64,000 nucleotides of DNA, taken from positions 7,812,001 to 7,876,000 of the forward strand of contig CDPCPM010000026.1 in assembly GCA_976551045.1 (NCBI GenBank). Reading direction: 5' to 3'. Positions 62,636 to 64,000 of the stretch are shown one piece after another (position 1 is the stretch's first letter; every line of letters starts with the position of its first letter). The notes beneath the pieces are model-generated. The model made no database searches, was not told the DNA's origin, and saw nothing but the letters and a program-made list of their open reading frames with translations. This stretch comes from Glaucostegus cemiculus. Lineage: Eukaryota. A program made the position numbers and the translations under genes.

Positions 62636-64000
62636 ATTTGAAGAAGGAAGGTGAAGCCGAGTGGTGTTTGATGACAAACGAAAATGGAATGAAACTGTTG
62701 TTAAGATCTTCCCCTCGTTGAGGAGGATGAATTGGTAGGGGATGGATTTCATTATCCACTCAAAATCAAAAATATTCTTGAGATGGAATTTTATAGGAGG
62801 GTTTGTACACTTTGGCGACCCTTGCATTATGAGGGGTTGTGTTCCTAGAAAATGGGCCATATCATGATTTTCTGTAATGCAAAGATGTGTAATCTGAACA
62901 TGCATCAAGAAACAAGTTGGAAAACAAATAACTTATTGTCGATTTATTGACTTTTTTTTTTACACACAAATTTTGTGAGTGTGAATTTTATTCTGTATCT
63001 CACATTTTTGGGTAGTGATTTGTGAATTCTGCAAAGGTGAATTTTCGTAACCCAAATAGCCAGAACAAGGTGACCACCTGTACATGTATGAGATCAAAAT
63101 AAATAAGAGGGAGCATGGAGAATTGTTGCAGCAATAAACCAAAGTGTTCACTGGGAATGGGATGGGGAGAAGAAACGAAATCTCGAAAAGAGACAGAGAA
63201 GATGCAGGGTGAATGTAAAGGAGGTGTTTCTCTCAAAGCTCAGCCCAGTCATTAAGAATAGAGGTTGAAAACGCCATCTGTAGTCAGCTATAAATAGTTC
63301 AATTGCACTTGGAATCGAGCTCACTTCACCCACAAAACTCAGTCATTGTATGATTACATTTTTAGACATTCATTTTTCTTTCTGAAACCTTGTGGACTGA
63401 TGGGTTGAGAAGGACCACTCTTACCACTATTTCTTCATGAGGAGATAAATTCCAGATGAACTCAGTGTGCATTAGCAACACAATGATGATTATATAAGCA
63501 TACTGATGGAAACAAAGATTTATTGTTCACGTGTGTTTCACGAACTCCAGATTCAGCTGGATACCCTTATTTAAGATATCTCGTCACCTCTACAATCAGA
63601 CTGTGATAATTTAACCCAATTAGCTAAAACGAAAGTACAAATTACATATGAGAAGAACATGAATTCTGAGAATAAACAAAAAAAGTCAATTATGAAGATT
63701 ATAGATTAAAATCAGAAGTGTCTATCAAGAAGAAAAGGAAGACCTATGGGGAAAAAATTGGCTGATCCCTTAGAAACCTCCTCCCAGACTTTTATGTTCT
63801 TCATCAAGTTATCAATGCTGGCAAATCTTTGAAAATGTGTGCAACTCCTTCCACATCTATGAGAGTATTTTTCCTCCCCCTTCCCTCTCCTATTTTACTT
63901 TCCCTTTGTTTTGTTTGGTGGCTTCACTTCCCACTCTATGTCAATACACTTGATAGGACATTGAGCCTGTGGGCCAATATCTGGGAAGTGCTTCTCTGAA

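Noticed and set aside
62800-63060. Possible Tigger/pogo-like MITE remnant
   Set aside because: Only vague resemblance; no clear TIR pair or TA duplication found.
1-64000. CRISPR arrays, operons or other prokaryotic systems
   Set aside because: Sequence is intron-containing vertebrate DNA; no regularly spaced repeat-spacer array seen.

Overview
Eukaryotic, vertebrate DNA. The repeat content (CR1, Rex1/Babar, Penelope-like, L2 and RTE retroelements, a V-SINE) points to a cartilaginous fish, probably a batoid; this is an inference. Two spliced genes lie in tandem on the minus strand. (1) The 3' part of CHD9 (chromodomain helicase DNA-binding 9): 17 coding exons from 61440 to the stop at 25145, all with GT-AG introns and consistent phases, covering the SANT-like, Ser-rich and two BRK regions, followed by a probable ~3 kb 3'UTR. 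(2) The promoter/CpG island and exons 1-3 of RBL2 (p130), 8352 to 644, running off the left edge. The order CHD9 then RBL2 matches human 16q12 as I recall it. Introns and the ~13.6 kb intergenic region are filled with retroelement fragments, plus an 834-bp solo LTR. I see no clearly new protein system. The most interesting unexplained signals are non-coding: a pre-miRNA-like hairpin at 40.3 kb, a TTAA-bounded 16-bp perfect hairpin at 38.4 kb, an inverted same-subfamily CR1 pair in back-splicing geometry around six CHD9 exons, a 15-nt Pumilio+miR-101/144 composite motif present twice in the CHD9 3'UTR, and hammerhead-like motifs with a shared non-canonical core in Penelope termini. Exon boundaries were read by hand; repeat boundaries are approximate; comparisons to human proteins are from memory.
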